NCBI GenBank assembly: GCA_012295275.1
Contig: CM022674.1
Location: 17,298,001 to 17,362,000 of the forward strand
Source of the DNA: Chrysomallon squamiferum
Taxonomy: Eukaryota; Animalia; Mollusca
DNA: 64,000 nucleotides
Reading direction: 5' to 3'
Part shown: positions 52,589 to 64,000 of the stretch, piece by piece
How positions within the stretch are numbered: the first letter of the stretch is position 1
Layout: every line of letters begins with the position of its first letter
Program-made: the position numbers and the translations under genes
Notes under the pieces: generated by a model
Databases searched by the model: none
What the model saw: the letters and a program-made list of their open reading frames with translations, nothing else
Told to the model about the DNA's origin: nothing

Positions 52589-53236
52589 GATGTACGGAAG
52601 ATTGTTGCTGGAAGCACAGACGGTGAACACACACATAAACATCAATCCGCTGTATTTCGAATGTGCCGTCTGATTCACTCTGGTGTTTCCCACCGACGAC
52701 GTCGACGGCAAACAAAACTGTCCAGCGTGATATTTGACGACGTTTCATGTGTTTCAGGAACAGCATGGTATCCAGATTGCATATGAAACAGATACACAGA
52801 GCGAAAAACGTGAGAATAACAAAACACACTGCAAACCCGTCACCCAGTTTGTACGGAAGGAATCTGCAATGGTCTCCACTTGCAGCACTGTCGTTGGTGG
52901 CTCCTATAGATGGTAAGATCCCCGCTAGAATTTCGAGAAACCAAATCCCTAAGAGTACGAACTTGAGAACTTTGGTGGACCCGTACCACTTTTTGTCCTT
53001 GGGACACCTGAGCAGCGCCAGCCATGAAGACTAAGACATATCAAAAATCAACAAAAAACACGTTAAAATTACACACCTCCTCTGTCCAGTCTACCTGCCC
53101 CAGGTAAATGACCGCAGGTACAGGTAAGAGTAGCACCGGGATTAATGACATCGTTACAAACAGCGACAGGAACCCTATGTCGACGCGTGGAAGAACGGCT
53201 TGTAGTGTGAGACGATGACGATGGCGAGGACATCCT
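52589..53236 (-). pseudogene. Class A (rhodopsin-like) GPCR fragment, end of TM1 to TM6, frameshifted and with TM3 largely missing
   Basis: Stitched frames: DVLAIVIVSHYKPF / VDIGFLSLFVTMSLIPVLLLPVPAVIYLGQVDWTEEVCNF / KVLKFVLLGIWFLEILAGILPSIG..DHCRFLPYKLGDGFAVCFVILTFFALCICFICNLDTMLFLKHMKRR / KYSGLMFMCVFTVCASSNNLPYI, then donor GTAAGT. TM4 W..LP, ECL1 W..C and ECL2 Cys are present. Confidence 0.65.
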
Positions 53237-54519
53237 AGGACTGGTGAAAGTTGACTCTTAACAAGATCGAGACAAAACTTTATTGGCAAAGCACTAGTTC
53301 CCACTTTGAAAAACAGTTTTTTTGTAAATAGAAACTGTTTCTTTTAAATTTTAAAACACAGTATAAAGAATCAGGTGTTTCATTTAAAAGCGGCCATGCT
53401 TTGTGGATGCGAGGAAAAGCGATCGATTGTGTGTTCACGTGCGCGCTGCGCATGCCTAGTAGCTCTCAAAATATGTTAACATGCCGTTGATCGCAATAAT
53501 TGTATTGGTCGTTAGCTTCGTTTATATTCAGCGAATTCTCTTTAATTACTTCTTAATTTGGCCTACTTTAAGCCAAATCAAATATACTGTCATAAAGATA
53601 TTTAGGTGACTAAAGATAATAATAATAATAATAATAATGATGATGATGATGATGATGATGATAATAATAATACTAATAATAAAAGCGACAACAACAATAA
53701 ATTATAATACCAGGAACGACAACAAAGGTGATAATTGTTACTAATACACAATGCAATAATTGTTATTTGGTTGGTTTATAAGTAGACAATATAAATATAT
53801 GTATACTAACATTTCACCTAGTTTGTTAGCTAACGTTGTTATGCACAGTATTTAAGTATATTTATTTGTTCGTAAAGATTATATCATAATAAATTATCCT
53901 CAGCATTATCTACGGTATTATATTCATACTTGTGCTTATTCATTATATTTCATATCTGCATATTAATGAAAATTATTATTTCAGTATTTTGCTTTCGCAT
54001 ATTAATTATTGTTTCACATGTATGAAATGCTTGTCCCTTTCATAATTGAGACCAATATTGTCACTGAAGCGGAGATAATTGAATTTTCCTTAAACGACTT
54101 ATCAGTCATTGATAATCTTCAGCTTATTCCTAACTTGGTTTTATAATTATTAGTTTACATTGTGACATTGATAATAGTTGGGATGTCACAATTATTCTAC
54201 ATACATTTTGTTTTAAATCAAATGTAATTTGTAATTACAAATATCATTTTACATTTTCATACTGATAATGCTAATTGTCACGGAATTCAGAAGGCGTAAC
54301 AAATTTATCTTTCAAGACACCCGGCTGTTTATTTTTATGTCATGCAATTAAAATTCCGTAACCAGCTGTTACTTCCATCACATCCGCGCTTTTTATTTTT
54401 GCCGCCAATTTTTCAAATCCATGGTGTCGTTTTAAAAGGGCTCGCATTTGGTAATTAAGGAGAGAAGGAAAACGCCAACACAAGAGCTCAGTCAGGACGG
54501 GAACTAATGCCAGCCAGGG

Positions 54520-54600
<81 letters not shown>

Positions 54601-54664
54601 AAATCAGTATATTTTTTATTAACAATTTTCACGTTCTGTTTAGACTTTAGTTTAATAGATAATT

Positions 54665-54880
54665 TATAAAAAAAAGAGTAGTACTGCGCGTATTTGAGAT
54701 AGGTATCCTATTTCGATATACACCATCTGAAATCCTGGTATTTCTGTTTGGTCACAATCATTTTTTTTTATTTCAACAAAACTTAAGACGACAAATTTAT
54801 TTACATGTTCCCTAAATTCAGGGTAATCAGATTTTTTTCTACTTACACCACACACGTTTAAACATAAAATATTAAGAACG
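54665..54880 (-). mobile_element. LINE APE-endonuclease N-terminal fragment
   Basis: NILCLNVCGV..KSDYPEFREHVNKFVVLSFVEIK..D..EIPGF; the same family pattern as 62770-62905. Confidence 0.6.
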
Positions 54881-55238
54881 TATTTACTGTATTGTCATAA
54901 GTACACATTTACCAAACTCAAACAATGATCTCTGTATGTAGAAATTATGTTGCTAGGATACAATACTTAGCCACACCTACATGGAAGTCTCTGTTAACAG
55001 CACTTAGTCTCTGTCCTTCAGAACACTCTTTGAGGCTTGCAGAAAAACCCAATTTTTAAATACAATCTGATACATCTAGGAGATTCTGCTGAAAATAAGA
55101 ATTATCTCGTGTGAAAATTCCGCCGAAAAGTTTTCTAAGAATGCTACTGATTATTGCTAAATACAGAAAAATGTAATCTTGTACTTCAGTTTAAGTATGT
55201 CCTTTCTGTAGTTCTCTCTCACTAACAACTTCAAAGCT

Positions 55239-55272
<34 letters not shown>

Positions 55273-55377
55273 AACGATTATTATTGTTGTTATTATTATT
55301 ATTGATCTTGTTATTATAGATATTAATATTATTATTACTATTATTATTATTGTTGTTGTTGTTGTTGTTGTTTACAG

Positions 55378-56500
55378 AAGAAAAGGATGTTTATGAGCCA
55401 CCTCTGTCACCCATTCTGACCACCATTGATGTTTTCTCAGTTAAAATGTGGAGCAGTAAGAAAGTGAAAAGCTGGTTACTGAAAAACAATATTACAAGGT
55501 AATGTTCTTAGAAGCAGGAACTGGATATTAGGTTTTCAAATTTAATTTGTTAAAAGAAACCGCACTTTGCTACCAATAAATATTTTAAGCTGGTATTATT
55601 ATGTTGTAAAAATATAGTCTAAGCACATTTTGTGTGGATCTAAATGATTATTTAATTTAAATAATACAATCACTAACCTTTGTTAATAATAAATTATGAT
55701 ATCAGAATTATAATTCTATTCTTAAAAAAAACAAAAAAACAACGCTTTTTAGACTGAGGATATAACTACTATTTAATGATTTATTCAGTCATGTTTTATT
55801 TAGATATTCTAACAAAACAGTGTAAGTATGTTACACGATTGATTAAACAGACTGTGTAGTAATTTTACATCTCTATAATTAATTCTGAATAAAAGTTAAT
55901 GCAGAGATTTGATCTGAGAACTTGTTATATGAAAGATGTGGATTGATCATAATAGTACTGTTGAAATGTGAAATTTGGTGTGTGTGTGCGTGTGTGTGCG
56001 TTTTTTGTGTGCATATGGTTGTGTGTGTTTTCATTCTCTCAATATTATGCTCATATTTCATTCATTTATTTCTGGGGTTTTTATATATTATATTTTAGTG
56101 AAAGTCTTCACACTTTGTCAGGAAAGGAAGTGATATTTTTATATAAGTAAAACGGCAGCTAAACACACTGAACCTTTTTTCAATAATTTAATATTAGTCC
56201 AGTGATAAGAATGTTTTAGCTTCATCCTTGCTGAATGGTTCATGGGTGATTGTAGCAAGTTAGGAAATTTAACAAAATCTAAAGTGTCTCAGGAAAAAGC
56301 CAGAATGTTGTTTTTTTTCTGCTTTTTCTTCTTATTCTGTGACTACCTGTTTTAGTAATTTTATTTTGTAATTGAAATATTATCTTTAATTCAGGCAGCT
56401 GAGTTTTACTATCAGGCTGAAGACAGAACTAAAACTAAAGTCTATAAACAGCATCATGGAAATCACTAATCTTCTCAAAATTATTCAACACCAAAGATGA
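55378..56500 (+). pseudogene. Three orphan terminal exons encoding a SAM-like domain
   Basis: Exon 55378-55498 (SVKMWSSKKVKSWLLKNNI), exon 56099 to about 56150 (ESLHTLSGKEVIFLYK), exon 56395-56500 (AAEFYYQ / frameshift / LKTELKLKSINSIMEITNLLKII-stop). WS..V..WL is the SAM helix-1 signature. Confidence 0.65.
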
Positions 56501-56648
56501 TTTTTCTGTCTCTTCTTTTTGTATAATGTATCTCTGGCTCCAACCTTATTTGAATTTATTTTCTGTCTTACTCTTGACTTATTTCTTTCCATCCATTTAG
56601 TGTCTTTCGAGTGCTTTTCTTTATTGCCATAAGTATTATTACTATTAC

Positions 56649-56681
<33 letters not shown>

Positions 56682-57049
56682 TATTATTGTTGTTGGTGGT
56701 GGTGGTGGTGTTATTTTATATAATTACTGTTATTAATGTTATTATTGTTGTTTTTATTATTATTGTTGTTAGTGATATTATTAGTAGTTGTATTGTTATT
56801 ATGTTGTTGTTTTGTTATTTTATTGTATTTGTTTTATTACTGTTCTTTATGATACATCACTACAGACTGTATGACAAAATACATTCAAAAAACAAAAGAA
56901 CAAAAAAAAACCTGTAGAAATGTAATGCATGTCAACATGAAATCTCCTGCTAGAATCTGATTCATGTGATGATAAATGTTTAACATTTGCAACTAACTTT
57001 AGTTCACTTTTTCTTTTTTTATTGTATATTAATGTGTTTCATCTTTTTT

Positions 57050-59570
57050 CTTTTTGTGAAGATAATTCGCTATTTCTTTAACAGTCTCTTATCTGTATAT
57101 AAATACGTTTGGATATTTAGGAATACAGTTATTAGTTAAAATAGCTTTTTTTCTATAGCACAAACATATACCCCACAGTTACTGCTATCAATCTGTGTGG
57201 CATTTCAGAGTAATTAACAGAAGACCACAATGGGGTTTTCCATAATATATCTTATGTTCCACCATTAAATACCTGGAAACATGAAAAATGACTTCATTGT
57301 TTTACCTCCAAATGTATCACAGTAGTACAGTACTCTTTTTTTAGATATATCTGTTTCAGTTATTACTCAGTGAGTGTTTCTTTCATTCAAAGGAACAACA
57401 ACGTATTCATAATCAAACCATCTTTTATTTTTACTTTCTCCTACGTGAAATGTCCATCTGGGTTGGTCACTATCACCGTTCAAAAATATCTTCTGACCAA
57501 ACCAACCACAATCTACCATGTGAATATGTTGATTCTCCAGTTGTTTTTGTAGTACAGACATGAATACATTAATGTGGCTGCTATTCAGGCAGCTATCATG
57601 TAGAAGAATGTGGTTTATGACATCTGCATTTACAGTTATACCATCAATTTCAGTGCTAACAAAATATACCAATGTTTGCATCGCTATTGTATTCTAATCA
57701 GTGAAGCGCTGTCTGTGTCTCTCACTCCATTTTTTCGTATTAAAATGTAATATCTCTGATGATACACTGTTTATTATACTCTTGTCATCAAATAATAACA
57801 ATGATCTGCATGTTTGTAAATCTGTTACGTTTATGTCATTTACAGGTTTCATTTCACAATTCTTAATTTCCAAACTATCAACTTCACAACAAACAAGAAT
57901 CCATTGTCCAATCTTTGCTGCAACAGATGAATTAATCCTGTGTGATGGTCCATCAAGTTCTGGCAGTCTTCGCGTCATGAAATCTTGTTTGGTTCGTTTC
58001 GTGGTTGTCTAACACTTCTACAGTCTGACACATTAACAGATGAAGTCTTAAGTTTGTAAACACAAGACCAGTGCTTTTATAACATGTTCACTCTTTTTCT
58101 GAAAACTACTGAGACTTCACTCAAACCCAGGTCCTGTTTACTGTTGTTATTTGCTTTCATGATACGTTTAGTGACTTCACTCAAACCCAGGTCCTCTTTA
58201 CTGTTGTTATTTGCTTTCATGATACGTTTAGTGACTTCACTCAAACCCAGGTACTGTTCACTGTTGTTATTTGCTTTCATGATACGTCTAGTGACTTCAC
58301 TCAAACCCAGGTATTGTTCACTGCTGTTATTTGCTTTCATGATATGTTTAGTGACTTCACTCAAACCAAGGTACTGTTCACTGTTATGTCACGTTTTATA
58401 CCTTTGAAACCATTGCTGAGGCACCAGTCATTAATAACAAATTGAGTAAATAATGGCAGATGTTTGTCTACTCTATGACAGAATAACATATAGCATGTAT
58501 TATTAAAATTGTCAGTTGAAAAAGACAGATAATGATCATCACATGAAACAAACTGACCACAATGTTCAATGATGCGGTATATTGACCTTGGTGACAGAAA
58601 TCACCAGGGTTTCAAACTCTTCAGCTGATATTTAGTTTCTGCTTTTTCTGCATTTTTTCTCTGATCATTACTTTTTATGAATAAATTGGGAGGAACTTGA
58701 ACGTAATTTGAATTTTTTCTGATATATTCACTCATCAAATAAAAATAAGAGTTGAAGGGAAAGAAACTAAAAGTTATTTAATAAATATTGATTATGTGAG
58801 CATAGGCAGGTATTTTCTACTGTCTTTGATTTATGAAAACTATCAAATAACTGTTGTACAGAAGTGTAACCCATTGCATCAAGCTGGCACGTATGAAATG
58901 CCCATACTTATTTCCACGGATCTTCACTGTAAACAAATATACTTACGTTATACAATGATATTACCTTAAGCTCTTTCAGTATATTGCTAATAAGTTTAGT
59001 AAAAACTCCTAAGCATCTTGCTGACCATTAATATTTGATCCCATTCCATAAGCAACATTTAATACAACTTTGTGTAAAATATCATCTGATACCTCTTCGC
59101 AGTGTTTATTTTCATGTTTCAAATGTTGCGGTATTTACAGTACACTTTTTTCTACTAATTGAACTCGTAATTTTACATACTTATCAGAATATACAGTTAC
59201 AGGTTCACATTTGTTTTCATAAATAATTAACCATGCAAATCACTTGCTACTAGGGTTTGCATCACTGCTTTAAGACAGCTGTCTGCTGAAAAGTACCTTG
59301 TTTCTTAAAATTATCAGTTTGCTGTTTGGATTTGGCCCGCATTTCTAATATTGTTATATTTACTTTTTTACCAATTGGCTTCTTTATCTTCCTTAAATAT
59401 TGTTTTCACCTTCATAGAATCAACAGCTGCCAATTTTTGCACTGAAACGGTTTGGTTTTGCAATTTTTCTGAATAATCATCCAGTCTTTGTTGGGTTCTG
59501 CCTTGCAGTCCTATATATTTGAGAATTCTAAAGCTATTTTCATTTGTACTAGTTGTTTTCATCTGCTCAT
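57050..59570 (-). mobile_element. Decayed intronless ORF with USP (C19)-like and Ulp1/SENP (C48)-like protease domains, probably transposon-borne
   Basis: USP: DSC-LKAVMQTLVAS (59287-59242), GQQDA*EFLLNLL (59026-58988), KYQLKS..GDF.HQGQYTA..FVSCDD (58633-58535). Ulp1: CLNSSHINVFMSVL..VVVPLNERNTH*VI (W lost at 57369-57367), YYCDTFG, QIDSSNCGVYVC (57195-57158). No transposase seen. Confidence 0.6.
58108..58387. repeat. 60-bp tandem repeat (about 4.7 copies), open in a frame on both strands
   Basis: gtgacttcactcaaacccagg...ctgttgttatttgctttcatgatacgttta recurs at 58111, 58171, 58231, 58291 and 58351. Confidence 0.95.
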
Positions 59571-60460
59571 GAATAAAATGTTAACTACTGGGAACTACTG
59601 GGAATTTCTGATGCCTATGTTTCTGTCTGTGATATGTTTCTCAATAATGATATATATATATTCATTATTATTTTCTTTTTCATAAAAAATGTGTAGCTTA
59701 ACCGCTTTTAACTGGAAATGTAACAATTGATTATGCAGTTATATATATTGTTATAAATAAAGTTTCATGCAATTAATATGTTACATGAAAATGAAGTGTG
59801 TGGACTAAAAAACAAAAAGACGGTTTTTCTTTCGACTTTGCTGTAAGGAAAAGTTAAATAATGTTGATGTTTGTGATGATATTAATTTAAAAAAAAAACA
59901 TATATTGAGATACTTTAGTAATGATAATATTAAAATTGCCGTAAACGACCAGTTATATTTTTTATCGTTTTTATTTTTATCCACAAAATTTGTCCAAAAC
60001 TTTACCTTGAACACATTGAATACTTGGGTGGATGACCGCGTTATTTTCTGTGCTAGTGTTTGTTATCAGCATTCCCACATACTGACACAAAACAAACAAT
60101 ACATTTATGATACACCAACCCTAGATACTATCAACTATAAAAATGCAAGAAAATGTAAGAATATACATGAATAATTTACTTATTACCCTGTATGAAGAAA
60201 TTAACATAATAAACTATGTCTGTTTTTTTAGTTAAATCATTCCACAATTTACTTGTACATTAGTAGAGTTACCAGACTCGCTGGTATGTAACACTGCTAC
60301 GGGGCGTCTAACGTAGTCGCATGCGACCCGTAATTAACACAGTCGTCACGTGACCAAATTAGAACCCCGCAACAGCCGTAACACTGCTCCCCCAAATTAC
60401 CACTAACTATACATACAGACCTCCCTGTATCAGGTAGATAGCTACCCGCTTTGGCTCGGC

Positions 60461-61269
60461 AGTGACGGTATTAAGGGAACAAGGGCGGATATAAATGTAT
60501 ATTTAGTCAATGTTAAATCACTAGAAACACAACAACACAAGTATAGATTTAAAGAATGTATGTATTATATGATCTAACAATAGATATTTACCCTGTAAGC
60601 TTACAATGCTTACACGGCCGATTAGACTTCCATGACACAAAATTACTCTCACCACATTAGTGAACTAACGGGGGATATTAAATGTGTTTATCCCTCAATG
60701 TAAAACAGCACACACGAAGATGTATTTGCAAGCTGATCAGATATCCGCTATTCTCACCCGCTGTTTTACAGATAATAACTACAGTTTACTTTGATTGGTC
60801 TGATCACAGATTACCAGCCATTCTCCAGCTAATGGTTATCCTACTTCATACTATACATAGTTAAATATTTGTTAGAAAACCACATCAAACTACCTTTCAG
60901 TTGCTCAAACAGAGCCTTAAAAACTTATAGTTGTCTGAGTCAGCTGGATCTATGTAACTGTCCATCTGAGGGTTAGCCACACGTCTGTTCTGTGCGGTGT
61001 AAAAACTGATTGCCCCAAACAAAACACGATCTCTGCTTTTATTACCTAGGAAAGACCACACAGAGGTTCTTTTAACACAGATGTCCCAGAGTGGTGTCGA
61101 GACTGGTGGCAGGGGTCCCCCAGAATAACACCTCACCATAGCTTATATAAGTTTTAAGAAAAATCTAACATCTATTACATATTAAACAGGAGACTGCTTT
61201 CTCCGTCACACTTAGCTTATATAAATCTTAAGGTTACATATTAAAGAGCAGACTGCTGTCTCCCTTACA
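60461..61269. mobile_element. Possible solo-LTR-like element with a duplicated end
   Basis: Short inverted termini agtgacgg (60461) and ccgtcaca (61210). Segment 61211-61269 is a diverged copy of 61138-61210, ending cccttaca. No target-site duplication found. Confidence 0.35.
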
Positions 61270-62769
61270 AACACTATGTCACTAGTGCATGTCAGAGGAG
61301 TCACAAGAACTCGTACAATGCATTATTCCATTGTAGTGTGGTTTTCTTGAATACAGGAAATGTTGCTCATCTAATAAAGAAAACAAAAATAATTACAATT
61401 TATAAAACATATTTATTATGTTAATTGTTACTAGCATTACAATACATTCCGTATTACTAATTACCATTATAATAAAATAATACAAACGTCTAAAAGAAAT
61501 TAGTAAAACAGTAAACTAAATTAATATATTTCAAAATAATTCAAATTTAATATTTACTCATTTATCTAAGTCATATTGCTCACATACAGTAATAACACTT
61601 ATTATATTTCTGATTTGCTATTCAAAATAATAAAATCAAGGTTTACTTTTATGGATACTCTCACTTTTGTTATACATCCCTGTGTCATGGTCACAAAGAA
61701 AGGTCATGGTCGAATTGACAGGTAATCAGATGTCCTGTATCTGGTATACAATAATGGATTCATCTGACCAGCTGTTGCACAATCAGCTTAGGAAATAATT
61801 AAGCACTTGATCCCTATTACGATTTACCAGAAGTCAAAACAAAAAAAAACCAGCAAAGTTAAAATAAAGCAGTTTAATTACTCGTGATACTGGAACGTTA
61901 GTTAATTTCCCAATAAAAATAACAGCCTAATACAACCGCCCTATCACGAGACTTGCAAAACCAATCATACCAAGTATTTTGTCAATCTGATTGCCTGTTC
62001 CTGAAAGTGAAAACAAAAGCAACTTGTGTAAATGAAAGTCGTGCCTCTTATTTGTCTGTGAAAACAGATAATGTGTATTAGTATTAAAATAATTTTATCC
62101 ATTTTATCAATATAAATTATTGCTAAAGATACGTGAGTATGCAACATGAAATGAGAAAAGATAAAAAGAGAAAAAAAGAGTTAAAATATAAGTGGAGAAA
62201 ATGAATAGAAAATAAAGATAACCAGTAGCGAAGCTGTTCAAGAAGTCGTCATACTGAGGATGTCAAATACACAAACAGGGAGCTTAAATGCTCATCTACA
62301 GCATTTTATCTGTCAACACCAATTCAACAGTAAGCCGCCACCCAACAGTCTCAGCAGTCACAGTATGGACAATGTGGACAGCACTATGGATCTCACGGTC
62401 AGTATTCTGGTTTAATTTCACTAGCTGTGCACAATCAAGATGTCAGTATAAAATCAGATACTTTGACTAGAAAGTTAGATATAATGTGTGGTCAACTGGA
62501 ACAATTGGACATCATCGAAAAACGACTGAATAGTATGGAAATAACTGTGTAAGATATCAGTGGTAAAATGATTGATATTAAGAAAAAAGATGTGGAAATG
62601 GGTACGAATTATATTAACAAACACTTTGAAAGGAATAAAAAAGATCTCGGAGATTTGAAATATCACCGAGACAAGCCAACTCAGTCAGTGCAAAAGCTCT
62701 CCCATTTGTAAAAATACCCCAAACAAAAGTCACAAAGGATTAAGGCCTTATGTCTTAAAAAGGATAGAG

Positions 62770-63195
62770 ATTAACGTGTGCAGTTTGTAAGTAAGCTCAA
62801 AGATACTATATGTACTGAAACCATTAGTAAGTATGATATAATATGTTTAGTTGAAACAAAAACAGATAAGGCTGATAACATTAATATTCTTGGCTATAAA
62901 GTGTATGCTTTTGAACAGCTTTAAACTGAATATTCAGTAAAAGGAGAAAAACTAGTGATTACATATTTAAATCTGATGGAGAGATTACAGATAAATATAA
63001 ATATTTGGGCATATATTTTACAAGAAACGGTCTATTCACTTACAAGGTTAGACAACTGTATAAAAAAGCAGTGAAAGCTATGTATAGCCTAATAGCTAAA
63101 AATCGTCAGAATAATCTCTCCATCGACTGAATACTTGATTTATTGTATGGTTGTGAAATATGGGGTTTTACAAATATACAACTAATAGAAAGACT
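62770..63195 (+). mobile_element. Internally deleted LINE relic (endonuclease start joined to RT C-terminus)
   Basis: NVCSL..YDIICLVETKTD..INILGY, then YKYLGI..KKAVKAMYSLIAKNR..LYGCEIWGFTNIQLIE. Confidence 0.75.
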
Positions 63196-63201
63196 ACTTA
63201 T

Positions 63202-63287
63202 TAAATAAATAATCAATGATCAATGTTTAATCTTTAAATAAATAATCAATGATCAATGTTTAATCTTTAAATAAATAATCAATGATA
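63202..63287. repeat. 33-bp tandem repeat (about 2.6 copies)
   Basis: taaataaataatcaatgatcaatgtttaatctt repeated. Confidence 0.8.
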
Positions 63288-63518
63288 TATATTTGATTAA
63301 TATTTTCTCATGCTAATTCAATAAATGATTGATTTACAATTGTAAAGGGAAGATTATATGATATATTTCAGTAGTGTTCGAAACAAACAAATTACTTTCA
63401 ACAGCCATTTGTAGCTTTTTGAAATAAATAGTTGATCTCCAAATAGTTGAGAAGTAATCAATAATATTTGTAAATATTATGAATCTTTCCAGACCAAATG
63501 TCTTTTTCTCTTTTGCAG

Positions 63519-64000
63519 TATGAGAAATGCAATGTCGATGAAGAGGGATGATCAAGGAGATATTAACGAAAGATTTATCTTTCATGGAACAAGTGATGAC
63601 GTCAGTGTCATACGTGGAATCTACCACAACAACATCGACTTCAGACTGAACGAGAAACATAGAACATCGTACGGAAAGGGGGCTTGTTTTGCCCGAGATG
63701 CCAAATACAGCCACTGGTACACCACAGGATCACATTGTTTCATGTTCATTTCAAAGGTTCTTGTAGGCCAGTATGCGAAAGGTAAAAGTTCGTATTGCCG
63801 GCCTTTTTCTAGGAAATAACATGTTCTTTATGATTCCTGTGTCGTTGATGTAAATAATCCATCAATTTTTGTAATGTTTGACACTTCACAGAGTTACCCA
63901 GTGTTTCTACTTGAATATTCTGTGGAGACCAGACCAGAATTGCCTTCATCAAGCTCCTCAGTACCTGTTTCACAGGCGATTACTTCTACCAGAAATTCTC
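63519..64000 (+). pseudogene. PARP catalytic-domain exon, mono-ART (PARP12/TIPARP/PARP11-like), with an in-frame stop; runs off the window
   Basis: Acceptor tctttttctcttttgcag at 63518. Reads NERFIFHGT..NIDFRL..YGKGACFARDAKYSHWY..FMFISKVLVGQYAKG..RPFSRK*(63817-63819)HVLYDSCVVDVNNPSIFVMFDTSQSYPVFLLEY. Confidence 0.88.

Noticed and set aside
58077-58407. Overlapping repeat-protein ORFs on both strands
   Set aside because: These follow from a stop-free 60-bp unit; they have no independent start or splice context.

Overview
AT-rich, microsatellite-dense eukaryotic genomic DNA with spliceosomal GT-AG introns. It is animal, and probably molluscan or another lophotrochozoan (inferred from gene content). 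It contains one 200-N scaffold gap (10532-10731). Most listed ORFs are microsatellite noise; real content appears only after exons are stitched by hand. Minus strand, 450-7119: a damaged multi-exon gene with signal peptide, mannose-6-phosphate-receptor-homology (MRH)-like ectodomain, TM helix and TKL-type kinase. Minus strand, 10.9-41.6 kb: a fibrinogen-related protein (FREP) locus. It holds one apparently intact 5-exon PAN/apple + fibrinogen-C gene (18188-20711, about 326 aa), one decayed full paralogue, and a ~4.2-kb tandem array. The array places four extra promoter + exon1 + exon2 cassettes, interleaved with YWTD-propeller-like exons, upstream of a single set of 3' exons. Next is a TTAGGG-rich satellite, then a broken plus-strand WWE/PARP (PARP12/TIPARP-like) gene. 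Between that gene's exons lie a Gypsy relic, a GPCR fragment, orphan SAM-domain exons, a decayed intronless USP + Ulp1 double-protease ORF and LINE pieces. All calls come from manual translation and motif recognition; no database search was run.
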